From NCBI GenBank assembly GCA_963931185.1, contig OZ006981.1, forward strand, positions 295,910 through 359,909: a stretch of 64,000 nt of DNA. The letters are read 5' to 3'. Below are positions 18,928 to 26,272 of this stretch, in pieces. The stretch comes from an uncultured Bacilli bacterium. Its GTDB lineage: Bacteria > Bacillota_I > Bacilli_A > RF39 > UBA660. Both the position numbers and the translations under genes were made by a program. The notes beneath the pieces are model-generated. The model saw nothing but the letters and a program-made list of their open reading frames with translations. It was not told where the DNA came from and searched no databases. The first letter of the stretch is position 1. Each line of letters opens with the position of its first letter.

Positions 18928-20076
18928 ATGGGAAAAAGACACAATACCTTATCGGACGATATTTTTCGCAATAGCAAGTATATAAACACTTTAGAACAAG
19001 CACTTGAAATTGACGACTTTAGAAAAGAATACAAAGAACAATATGACATTATGCTTGAAGTATATAAAATGCTTATCACAATAAACAATATAATATTCGC
19101 TGATAGTAATAAATCTATCAATGATAAAATATACGAAATGGAACTTGAGTTTGAAAAAATTGTTGGGGAACAAGTTGACGAAGAAAGCGACGAAAAAAGA
19201 AAACATAAATATAGTGTAAGAACTTTAAAAGGCTTGATAGATAGTAATACGAGATACTTATTCAATAAGTTTGTTGAGTGGTATGATTATTTAATGAACT
19301 TTAACAAATTAGATATGGTTAAGCAAGAGGTCGAAGAAGAAATGAAAAGACTTGAAAGCATTGACTTTGACAAAGTTGTTAAAGGTGGTCTACTTTATGA
19401 GAAAAATAAAAATAGCAACTATAAAATCTATACAAGCAAACTAGATTATCTATTCCTTAACAATAAAGATGTATGGAAAGAATACAAGCAAGACTTTTAC
19501 GACACATACGGAATCCAACTAACGGATCGAGAGAAAAACGATATTTACTTTGTATTTAAGTTAATTGCTTATGCAAATAATGGTATTGTAAAATTACTAT
19601 TTCAAGACGAAATAAAAGACTTTGAATTAACCGAAAAAGACAATGCCGAAGATTATTTCAAAGCCTATCTAACATCTTTAAATATAGATATAAAAGATAA
19701 TAGAAAGTTTATGAGTAAAGCCGACATCTTTTTAAATGAGTTGCTGATAACTAACAATGTTATTATAGAACAATTAGAAAATGACACTAAAAACGAGCAT
19801 ATCATTGATATATCACATATTGAGGTTGAGCCTTTTGTTGCAAATTATGACTTATACTTTTTCTATGTAAATATGGAAAAGATAACTACGGGCTTATATG
19901 AGTTTACTATCAAAACTGATGTTATAGTTAAGATTATCAATGACTTAAAAGAAATCTATAATCTTATGTATGACAATGTGCCTACTATCACGGACGAAAA
20001 ACAAGTGCAAGAGGCTTTTTCTAAAATACAAAATATAATTGATAGAAATAAGAAAATGTTTGAGAGGTTGAGTTAA
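18928..20076 (+). CDS. Island cargo protein B, unknown function
   Basis: 382 aa from MGKRHNT with a GGAGG RBS; no nucleotide-binding or nuclease motif recognised; stop overlaps the gene C start (TAATG). Confidence 0.6.
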   Translation: MGKRHNTLSDDIFRNSKYINTLEQALEIDDFRKEYKEQYDIMLEVYKMLITINNIIFADSNKSINDKIYEMELEFEKIVGEQVDEESDEKRKHKYSVRTLKGLIDSNTRYLFNKFVEWYDYLMNFNKLDMVKQEVEEEMKRLESIDFDKVVKGGLLYEKNKNSNYKIYTSKLDYLFLNNKDVWKEYKQDFYDTYGIQLTDREKNDIYFVFKLIAYANNGIVKLLFQDEIKDFELTEKDNAEDYFKAYLTSLNIDIKDNRKFMSKADIFLNELLITNNVIIEQLENDTKNEHIIDISHIEVEPFVANYDLYFFYVNMEKITTGLYEFTIKTDVIVKIINDLKEIYNLMYDNVPTITDEKQVQEAFSKIQNIIDRNKKMFERLS

Positions 20077-20795
20077 TGAAATCAATAAATGTTGTTAAGA
20101 TGTTAGAGGAAGAAGAAAAAACAAAGGCAAAAGAACGAAAAAGCACGGATGCTGAAACACTATTAAAAGATATAATATGGAATTGTATTGATAACTTTAT
20201 AATGCCCTATGTGAAATCAAAAATTGAAATAACGGAACACGAGCAAGTCGTATATGAAGATAACCTTTTTAATTTATTAGTTAAGCATAATGACTTTACG
20301 GAAGAAGATAGTATCGCCTTTGACGAGGAAGAAAGAAACTTTTTAAATACAAGCAATAGGAAAGTTAAAGTTGATATGGGCAAACGATATGCTGAAACAA
20401 TTATAAGAACACATACACTTGACGAAAAAGTGGAAGAATATTATATCAAGTATACAAAGCCTATGCTTAAGGAATTACAAAAACAAAATGTTATTATCTA
20501 TGATACTGAAGCATTAGATAATAAAACAAAAAGTGCTACCACTAAAATAGATAAATTAGTAAAAAAGATTATTACTGATAAAGCCAAAGAAAGCAAGATG
20601 TATTCGCTTTTTAAAAAAATATTCGGTAATGAGTTTATAGAAAAAAATGATGTTATCTTTAGTGATAACAAAGAACAAAAGGAAAAGTTTTGTAATTGTA
20701 TCAAGACTTATATAGAAAATAACTACGATAATATTGACTATAAAGCCATTGATAACATTGACTTTGCTGATATGAACGAGTTTAAACTCGATTAA
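20076..20795 (+). CDS. Island cargo protein C, unknown function
   Basis: 239 aa; translationally coupled to B; followed by a strong terminator. Confidence 0.6.
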   Translation: MKSINVVKMLEEEEKTKAKERKSTDAETLLKDIIWNCIDNFIMPYVKSKIEITEHEQVVYEDNLFNLLVKHNDFTEEDSIAFDEEERNFLNTSNRKVKVDMGKRYAETIIRTHTLDEKVEEYYIKYTKPMLKELQKQNVIIYDTEALDNKTKSATTKIDKLVKKIITDKAKESKMYSLFKKIFGNEFIEKNDVIFSDNKEQKEKFCNCIKTYIENNYDNIDYKAIDNIDFADMNEFKLD

Positions 20796-20797
20796 AG

Positions 20798-20822
20798 AGG
20801 TTTTAAGCCTCTTTTTTGATGT
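20798..20822 (+). terminator. Rho-independent terminator after cargo gene C
   Basis: AGAGG-ttttaag-CCTCT hairpin followed by TTTTTT. Confidence 0.6.
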
Positions 20823-20924
20823 TTTAAACTTTGGTATATATAAATAACACTCCTAACATAAATCATTTAAATAGTAGGCAAAAAATGGCTATTTTCGAGC
20901 ATTTAAAACATGTGATACACACCT

Positions 20925-21176
20925 TTACTTGTTTTCGTCTATGGGAGCAAATAACTCTCTTATATCTATACCTAAAATCTTTGCTAAATGGTAAAGACTA
21001 CCTACTGAAATAGTTTGAAATACTTTGTCGCTTTCGAGGTTGCCAATAAAACTTAAAGCATAGTTGCTTGCCTCGGCTAATCGTTCTTGGGTAAAGCCTT
21101 TGTCTTTTCGTAATTTTTTCAAGTTTTGACCTATCACATAGTAGATATAATTTTCATCGTTTTTGTTGTCATTCAT
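20925..21176 (-). CDS. XRE-family (Cro/CI-type) HTH transcriptional regulator
   Basis: LKKLRKDKGFTQERLAEASNYALSFIGNLESDK HTH; divergent from the 21279 operon. Confidence 0.75.
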   Translation of the reverse strand: MNDNKNDENYIYYVIGQNLKKLRKDKGFTQERLAEASNYALSFIGNLESDKVFQTISVGSLYHLAKILGIDIRELFAPIDENK

Positions 21177-21247
21177 AGCCTCACCACCTATATATAAATT
21201 ATCTCAAAAATAAAGTTTTAACTTTATCTATGGTTCGTGGATAAAAT

Positions 21248-21257
21248 GTGGTATAAT
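21248..21257 (+). promoter_or_regulatory. Extended -10 promoter (TGnTATAAT) of the XRE-divergent operon
   Basis: TGTGGTATAAT sits 22 nt upstream of the gene D ATG. Confidence 0.55.
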
Positions 21258-21278
21258 GTTAGTGAAAGGAGTTTGTTT

Positions 21279-21737
21279 ATGCTAACTAAAGATATTTTTG
21301 TAAAAGGTTTAACTACTGTTACCAAAGAGGATTTGAAAACTTATTTAGTCTTTGTTCAACAGTATTTTGATGTAATAGATGAATATTGTCTAAAAGTCCA
21401 AGAGACTCAAAGTGCTATCTTAAATCAAAAGCCAGATACGAATGACCGAGAGGCTGTAGAAGTTTTAATTATGGATAAGTTTAAAAGTGATGAAATGAGC
21501 AGATTATTAAAGGACTATGATAGAACAGAAAGATTAACAAAAGAGTTAGAATTATTGAAAAGAAATTTTAGAACATCAGAAAGAGATATTTTATGGAATT
21601 TAGAATCTTTTGACCGAAAAAGTAATTATAGACTTTATGGTTGTCTAAAACAAGTTGAACGTGATTATGAAGAACTTGAGACATTATTAACAGAAGTCGA
21701 TAAATTCACTACTGAGAGTCACAACTATCACTTTTAA
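21279..21737 (+). CDS. Island protein D, unknown function
   Basis: 152 aa from MLTKDIF with leader GAAAGGAGTTTGTTTATG. Confidence 0.5.
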   Translation: MLTKDIFVKGLTTVTKEDLKTYLVFVQQYFDVIDEYCLKVQETQSAILNQKPDTNDREAVEVLIMDKFKSDEMSRLLKDYDRTERLTKELELLKRNFRTSERDILWNLESFDRKSNYRLYGCLKQVERDYEELETLLTEVDKFTTESHNYHF

Positions 21738-21753
21738 CTAAGGGAGTTTGTTT

Positions 21754-22257
21754 ATGAAAAGAAGAAGTTATTTTAAATTGACTGGTAAAGAAAAACAAAT
21801 GGTAAATAATATTATGTTAAAACAAGAGGGTTATTTTAGTATGTTTAATATATCTATTATGACAATATCAGTATTGTGTATATTTATATCTATTTCGCAA
21901 AATAATATAATATTCGTATTGATAATATCTCTTATTATGTTTTTGGTGTTAAGATTTAAAATGTTTTATTATTATTTAAAGCATACTGAAATAAATTTTG
22001 ACATCAATAGTAAAGAAAACAATGAGATGTCAAAATATACTGATAATCAAACAAAGTTTATTTTAGGAATATTTGGGGTAGTAATGGTAATCGGTGCTAT
22101 GGGGTTGCTTGGTGTTTTTGATAACAATGACACTGGTGGAAGTTCCGACAATGGGTATAAAACTAATTGCTATCCAAGAAGTGATGGAAAAATATGTTGC
22201 ACATCTTGTAAAAAGACGAGTTATGGCGATATAGGTTGTGGAACAACCTGTAATTAA
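21754..22257 (+). CDS. Two-TM membrane protein with Cys-rich C-terminal tail
   Basis: Leader AGGGAGTTTGTTTATG nearly identical to that of gene D; two hydrophobic helices; C-terminus CYPRSDGKICCTSCKKTSYGDIGCGTTCN carries 7 Cys. Confidence 0.5.
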   Translation: MKRRSYFKLTGKEKQMVNNIMLKQEGYFSMFNISIMTISVLCIFISISQNNIIFVLIISLIMFLVLRFKMFYYYLKHTEINFDINSKENNEMSKYTDNQTKFILGIFGVVMVIGAMGLLGVFDNNDTGGSSDNGYKTNCYPRSDGKICCTSCKKTSYGDIGCGTTCN

Positions 22258-22275
22258 AAAGGAGGGAATTAAAAA

Positions 22276-22572
22276 ATGGCTTTAATTAAGTGTAGTGAGT
22301 GTGGCAAAGAGATAAGCGACAAATCTAAAAAATGTATTTATTGTGGCAACCCTATTACAATAATTGCAATAAATAGACATTGTGAATTGTGTGGTGGAGA
22401 AATAGACTTAAATAATTGTGAATGTTTAAGATGTGGTTTTACTGATATATCTCTTTTGAATAAGAAAACAAGGGACGAAAGTCTTAAAAGGTTTAGGGAA
22501 AAAATGGAAGAAATAGCAACAGGAAGTTCTAAAAGTTTTAGAAAGAGAGAAAAAGAAAATGAAAAAAATTAG
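22276..22572 (+). CDS. Double zinc-ribbon protein
   Basis: CSECGK...CIYCG and CELCGG...CLRCG (two CxxC pairs in tandem); AAGGAGGG RBS. Confidence 0.55.
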   Translation: MALIKCSECGKEISDKSKKCIYCGNPITIIAINRHCELCGGEIDLNNCECLRCGFTDISLLNKKTRDESLKRFREKMEEIATGSSKSFRKREKENEKN

Positions 22573-22930
22573 TTTAGTATTATTATGTGGGGTTATTTTA
22601 TTAGGTGTATGTGGTTGTGGTAGTAAAGAAGAAAAATTAAATGAAATGGAAAATATCATTTATAATTCAATGATTAAAACAAGTAAAACAGCCGATAGCC
22701 CATCTGATTTAAGGTTAATTGAGGTATTTAAAAAAGATGGTAATTTTTATATAAATCTTAATAAAGGAGATGGAACATATTGCTATTATGTGAACACATC
22801 AAGAGAAGAATTATCTTATGAATATGGCACTTGTCATATAGCAGAATTGCAAAACGAAACTTATGATGATGTTTCTATTTCAAAAGTAAATAATAAATAT
22901 AAAAAATATGTTGAGGATATGGGATTATGA
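22559..22930 (+). CDS. Lipoprotein, unknown function
   Basis: Signal peptide with lipobox LLGVCGC. Confidence 0.55.
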   Translation: MKKISLVLLCGVILLGVCGCGSKEEKLNEMENIIYNSMIKTSKTADSPSDLRLIEVFKKDGNFYINLNKGDGTYCYYVNTSREELSYEYGTCHIAELQNETYDDVSISKVNNKYKKYVEDMGL

Positions 22931-23751
22931 AAAAAAAGAAAATAATTGTTGGGATAGCATTGTTAGTAATAATTTGTGTAATATTATGTATAGTGTTTAT
23001 GTTCAATAAAAATAATGGTTTATTAGAGTTTGACAAAGTTATATCAAGTGGGACAAAAACGGTAGTTATTTTTGAAAATAATCAAGCCCAAGAAGAAAAG
23101 TTGAAAAATATTTTAGAAGAAAATAATGTCAATTTTATTTCTATTGATGTATCCAAATTAAAAGATAATGATAAAAATAAATTGAAAACGACATTAGACT
23201 TGGAAAACTTAACTACTTATTATGGAGCAATTATTGAAAATAATGATGTTTTACGAAAAATATACTTAAAAGATATTGAAACAAATGATAATGAAAAAAT
23301 TATGCAAATGCTTGCTTATTATGGGGTATTAGAAAACTCAAAAGAATATTTAAACGATTACAACTATAAAATGGGTGTTGAGGCACTTAATAATGGTCTA
23401 ATTTATAGTGCTAATAGTTACTTGAAAAGTGTCGATAAAGACTATAAAGATGTCAATGAATTATTAAAAGATAAAAGATTTTTTCTATTAAATAAATATC
23501 ATTATGATTACCCAGATAATATTAGAAAAATGACTTTTCAATATTTACCAAATGATAAAATATATCACGATAGCTTTGTTGGAGAAGAATACAATCAAAA
23601 AGCATATGTTAAAAATGATATTATTTATATATGCACTCGTAGTTGTGATAGTGAATATGCTAACACAAGAGAATTTTTACATATAGATTATGTTAATGAA
23701 ACAGAGTTAAAATTTAAGGAGTGGGATTTTGTTTTAAAAAAAGTTGACTAA
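22927..23751 (+). CDS. N-terminally membrane-anchored protein, unknown function
   Basis: MKKKKIIVGIALLVIICVILCIVF anchor plus a ~240-aa extracytoplasmic domain; ATGA overlap with the lipoprotein gene. Confidence 0.55.
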   Translation: MKKKKIIVGIALLVIICVILCIVFMFNKNNGLLEFDKVISSGTKTVVIFENNQAQEEKLKNILEENNVNFISIDVSKLKDNDKNKLKTTLDLENLTTYYGAIIENNDVLRKIYLKDIETNDNEKIMQMLAYYGVLENSKEYLNDYNYKMGVEALNNGLIYSANSYLKSVDKDYKDVNELLKDKRFFLLNKYHYDYPDNIRKMTFQYLPNDKIYHDSFVGEEYNQKAYVKNDIIYICTRSCDSEYANTREFLHIDYVNETELKFKEWDFVLKKVD

Positions 23752-23837
23752 CTTTATATAGGACGAGGCGACCGATTTTTGAAAAGTCAAGCCATAAATT
23801 ACTAAAGCCCACCCCGTGTATGTGTCTATATAAAAAT

Positions 23838-23868
23838 CAAAGTTGTGCGATGCACAACTTTTTTATAT
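23838..23868 (+). terminator. Rho-independent terminator ending the 21279-23751 operon
   Basis: GTTGTGC-gat-GCACAAC hairpin followed by TTTTTTAT. Confidence 0.6.
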
Positions 23869-24018
23869 TGTCAATAGGTTTGGTGCTGGAATATATGGGC
23901 TTGGTGCAACTTTAAGCACTACCATAGCAATTATACTATGCTTGCACTAACTCTTGTTAAATGCCTTATATTGCCTTAATATGAGGTGTTTTTTTATGCC
24001 TCGATCCGAGTGCTTGCT

Positions 24019-24110
24019 ACCCTATAAATTGATATAAGTATCTTTTGTATATTTTTGGTTGTTCTTGTTTCCTCTTAAGTAAGGGTAAGTGTTAGTGGCT
24101 ACCCTATAAG
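24019..24110. repeat. 12-bp direct repeat GCTACCCTATAA (x2, 80 bp apart) in an ORF-free, GC-richer region
   Basis: Copies at 24019-24030 and 24099-24110, upstream of the second Xis-like gene. Confidence 0.5.
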
Positions 24111-24129
24111 ACACGGGAGGTATGTATCA

Positions 24130-24294
24130 ATGAATTATTACACTACAAAGGAAATAAGCGAGATTTTAGGACTATCAATTAAGACTATTCAAAAGTTAAT
24201 TAGAACAAGACAACTAAAAGCATTTAAAATTGGTAATCGTTTCATAGTCGAAGAAAGCACACTAAAAGACTACATCAATGCAAGACAAGTATAG
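24130..24294 (+). CDS. Second excisionase/MerR-like small HTH protein
   Basis: 54 aa, MNYYTTKEISEILGLSIKTIQKLIRTRQLKAFKIGNRFIVEE; GGGAGG RBS; below the ORF-track size cutoff. Confidence 0.55.
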   Translation: MNYYTTKEISEILGLSIKTIQKLIRTRQLKAFKIGNRFIVEESTLKDYINARQV

Positions 24295-24372
24295 ACTTAA
24301 CAAGCACTAGATAACATTTTTATAATTGTATCAATGAAAGGAAAAAACTATTTTAATGGGGGGGCAAGATAA

Positions 24373-24771
24373 ATGGCAAAAGTTGATATGGAGCAAGCCT
24401 CGTGGCAAGATGTATTGCAAGCAATAAAAGAAAGCAATATCAATTATGGCAAAGACTATGACATTTATACTTATTATCACTATGACAATGGCAATATAGT
24501 TGGGGTTGTTTATGGTTGGTTTTATGATAGGTGCTTATACATTGACATTGTTTTTGTTAGTGCCGAGTATCGAGGCAAAGGAATTGCTACATCAATGCTT
24601 AAGAGAGTAATACAAGAAATAAAAAGCAAAGACATTGACAATATTATTGTTGAGTTGGTGCAATATAAAGGAAAATATCTACTTGCAAATATTCTTGTCC
24701 GTCTTGGTTTTTGTTTGCATAGTCTATATTACATCTTAAGGCAAAGAGTTATCTATTATATGTCGTTGTAA
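24373..24771 (+). CDS. GNAT family N-acetyltransferase
   Basis: VSAEYRGKGIATSMLKRVIQE acetyl-CoA-binding motif (R/Q-x-x-G-x-G/A). Confidence 0.65.
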   Translation: MAKVDMEQASWQDVLQAIKESNINYGKDYDIYTYYHYDNGNIVGVVYGWFYDRCLYIDIVFVSAEYRGKGIATSMLKRVIQEIKSKDIDNIIVELVQYKGKYLLANILVRLGFCLHSLYYILRQRVIYYMSL

Positions 24772-24931
24772 TTAGATAATAGATAGATAAACACATAATC
24801 TTTGTTAGTTTGCCGTCTAATTAAAAGAAAAAACGGCTTTTCAATATAAGCCATTTTTGTTCAATTTTACGAATAATTATATGCCACCATTGACTTATGC
24901 CCTTTTTGGCACATATTTAGGAGGTTTGAAA

Positions 24932-25450
24932 ATGAAAAAACAAGCAATAGGTTTTATCGTTGACGAACACGGAGTTGTTAATAAAGAGATATACATAGGC
25001 GACCGAGTTCGTATTATACGAGAAAGCCAAAGACAACATTTACAAGATTTTAAAAAGACAAATAAAAGCAAAACATATTGTAAGGTATTTTGTAAGGCAA
25101 GCGATATATTGGCAAGTCTTAATTTAACAGCAAGTGAATATAAACTAATTTTTGCTATGCTCGGTCATATCGGTTTTGCCGAGTTTAGTGGCTACCTTAT
25201 AAAAGTTCAATGCAATATGTTTTGTGGTTACTTAAACGGCGAGGAATTAAAAAGTATTGCTAATATGCAAGATAGGACATTTTGGCGAGCCATTGATAGT
25301 TTAGTAAAAAAAGAGATTATCGCCATTGAGAAAGTTGGACGAGAAAATCATTTTTTGGTTAATCCGTTTATATTTATGAAAAATGACGAAATAACTCGTA
25401 CCTTATTCAATTTGTTTTGTGATACAAAGTTCAATTATTTAAACGAATAA
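24932..25450 (+). CDS. Putative winged-helix replication/regulatory protein (RepL-like?)
   Basis: AGGAGG RBS 7 nt before MKKQAIGF; 172 aa. Family assignment is uncertain. Confidence 0.4.
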   Translation: MKKQAIGFIVDEHGVVNKEIYIGDRVRIIRESQRQHLQDFKKTNKSKTYCKVFCKASDILASLNLTASEYKLIFAMLGHIGFAEFSGYLIKVQCNMFCGYLNGEELKSIANMQDRTFWRAIDSLVKKEIIAIEKVGRENHFLVNPFIFMKNDEITRTLFNLFCDTKFNYLNE

Positions 25451-25494
25451 TTGCTCTCACTTAATTAGTAGGCCATTACAAAAAGAGATAAACT

Positions 25495-25752
25495 TTACTT
25501 GTCTATCTCTTTTTTGCTACTTAAGTAACTACGAATTATTGCTACTTGCACGGGGTTTTGTTCTTGTATTTCTTTTGCGAACATATACTTTAATTTTTCA
25601 AAATGTTTTTCTAAAAGTTTTCTATCTTTTTTTGATAGTTCGCACTCGTCTAGTATTTGACGAGTTGTTGCCATTTCAAGAACAATGTTTTTAAACTCCT
25701 TTGTAATAGTAAATTGTAAGTCTTTTAAGTTTTCAATATCTTTTTCGTCCAT
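25495..25752 (-). CDS. Small hypothetical protein
   Basis: 85-aa charged helical protein. Confidence 0.4.
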   Translation of the reverse strand: MDEKDIENLKDLQFTITKEFKNIVLEMATTRQILDECELSKKDRKLLEKHFEKLKYMFAKEIQEQNPVQVAIIRSYLSSKKEIDK

Positions 25753-25837
25753 TTCTTCTTAACTCCTATCTTATATTTTTTATTTGCTCCTTATCAATGT
25801 TTTATCAAAAAAATTGGTTAATAGATAGAGATTTTAG

Positions 25838-25872
25838 AAAAGGTGCCGAACGGGTGCCGTAAAAGGTGCCGT
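25838..25872. promoter_or_regulatory. Candidate integrase arm-type sites, right end (GGTGCCGAA/GGTGCCGTA/GGTGCCGTC)
   Basis: AAAAGGTGCCGAACGGGTGCCGTAAAAGGTGCCGTC: three copies of the 9-mer family seen at 16408-16432, about 290 bp from the right att core. Confidence 0.45.
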
Positions 25873-25877
25873 CTTAT

Positions 25878-25913
25878 GATAATTTGTGATACTTTATGAT
25901 ACTTTTGTAATTT
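25878..25913. repeat. TGATA(A/C)TTT iterons (x3)
   Basis: TTATGATAATTTGTGATACTTTATGATACTTTTG; the same iteron family as 18019-18066 and 18248-18258. Confidence 0.5.
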
Positions 25914-25995
25914 TCTAAAAAAGTCATTTTTCACTTAAAAATACATTTTTTTATATCAAAATTTGATACTATTTTTTCAAAATAATTTTAAAATC

Positions 25996-26044
25996 AAAAA
26001 ATAAAAAAGTCTAGCAAACCCTTATAATTGCTAGGCTTTTTAAT
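25996..26044 (-). terminator. Terminator downstream of the element-borne tRNA-Lys
   Basis: TAGCAA...TTGCTA hairpin followed by a T-run on the minus strand. Confidence 0.45.
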
Positions 26045-26052
26045 ATTCAACA

Positions 26053-26128
26053 TGGTGGATTGTTAGGGATTCGAACCCTAGACCCATCGATTAAGAGTCG
26101 ATTGCTCTACCAACTGAGCTAACAATCC
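26053..26128 (-). tRNA. tRNA-Lys(CUU), element-borne intact copy
   Basis: GGATTGTTAGCTCAGTTGGTAGAGCAATCGACTCTTAATCGATGGGTCTAGGGTTCGAATCCCTAACAATCCACCA. Perfect acceptor stem GGATTGT/ACAATCC, anticodon loop CTCTTAA, CCA encoded. Confidence 0.85.
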
Positions 26129-26158
26129 ATTTTTAAGGCTCCTTAACTTGGAACAACC

Positions 26159-26198
26159 GATTAAGAGTCAGTTGCTCTACCAACTGAGCTAACGCCCC
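26159..26198 (-). other. 5' half of the disrupted host tRNA-Lys(CUU) gene, including the att core copy (26159-26171)
   Basis: Minus strand reads GGGGCGTTAGCTCAGTTGGTAGAGCAACTGACTCTTAATC, then diverges into non-tRNA sequence (GGTTGTTCC...). Confidence 0.8.
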
Positions 26199-26272
26199 AA
26201 AATAAGCTACTAATAAATTATAACATATTTTAAAAAAAAGAAAAGACTTTATTTAAAAAATAATATAAAATC

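Noticed and set aside
18906-19265. 119-aa and 71-aa minus-strand ORFs
   Set aside because: Antisense within cargo gene B, which has a strong RBS and promoter on the plus strand.
20831-21013. 60-aa plus-strand ORF
   Set aside because: Overlaps the XRE regulator gene on the opposite strand; no RBS.
22426-22659. 77-aa minus-strand ORF
   Set aside because: Antisense across the zinc-ribbon/lipoprotein gene junction.
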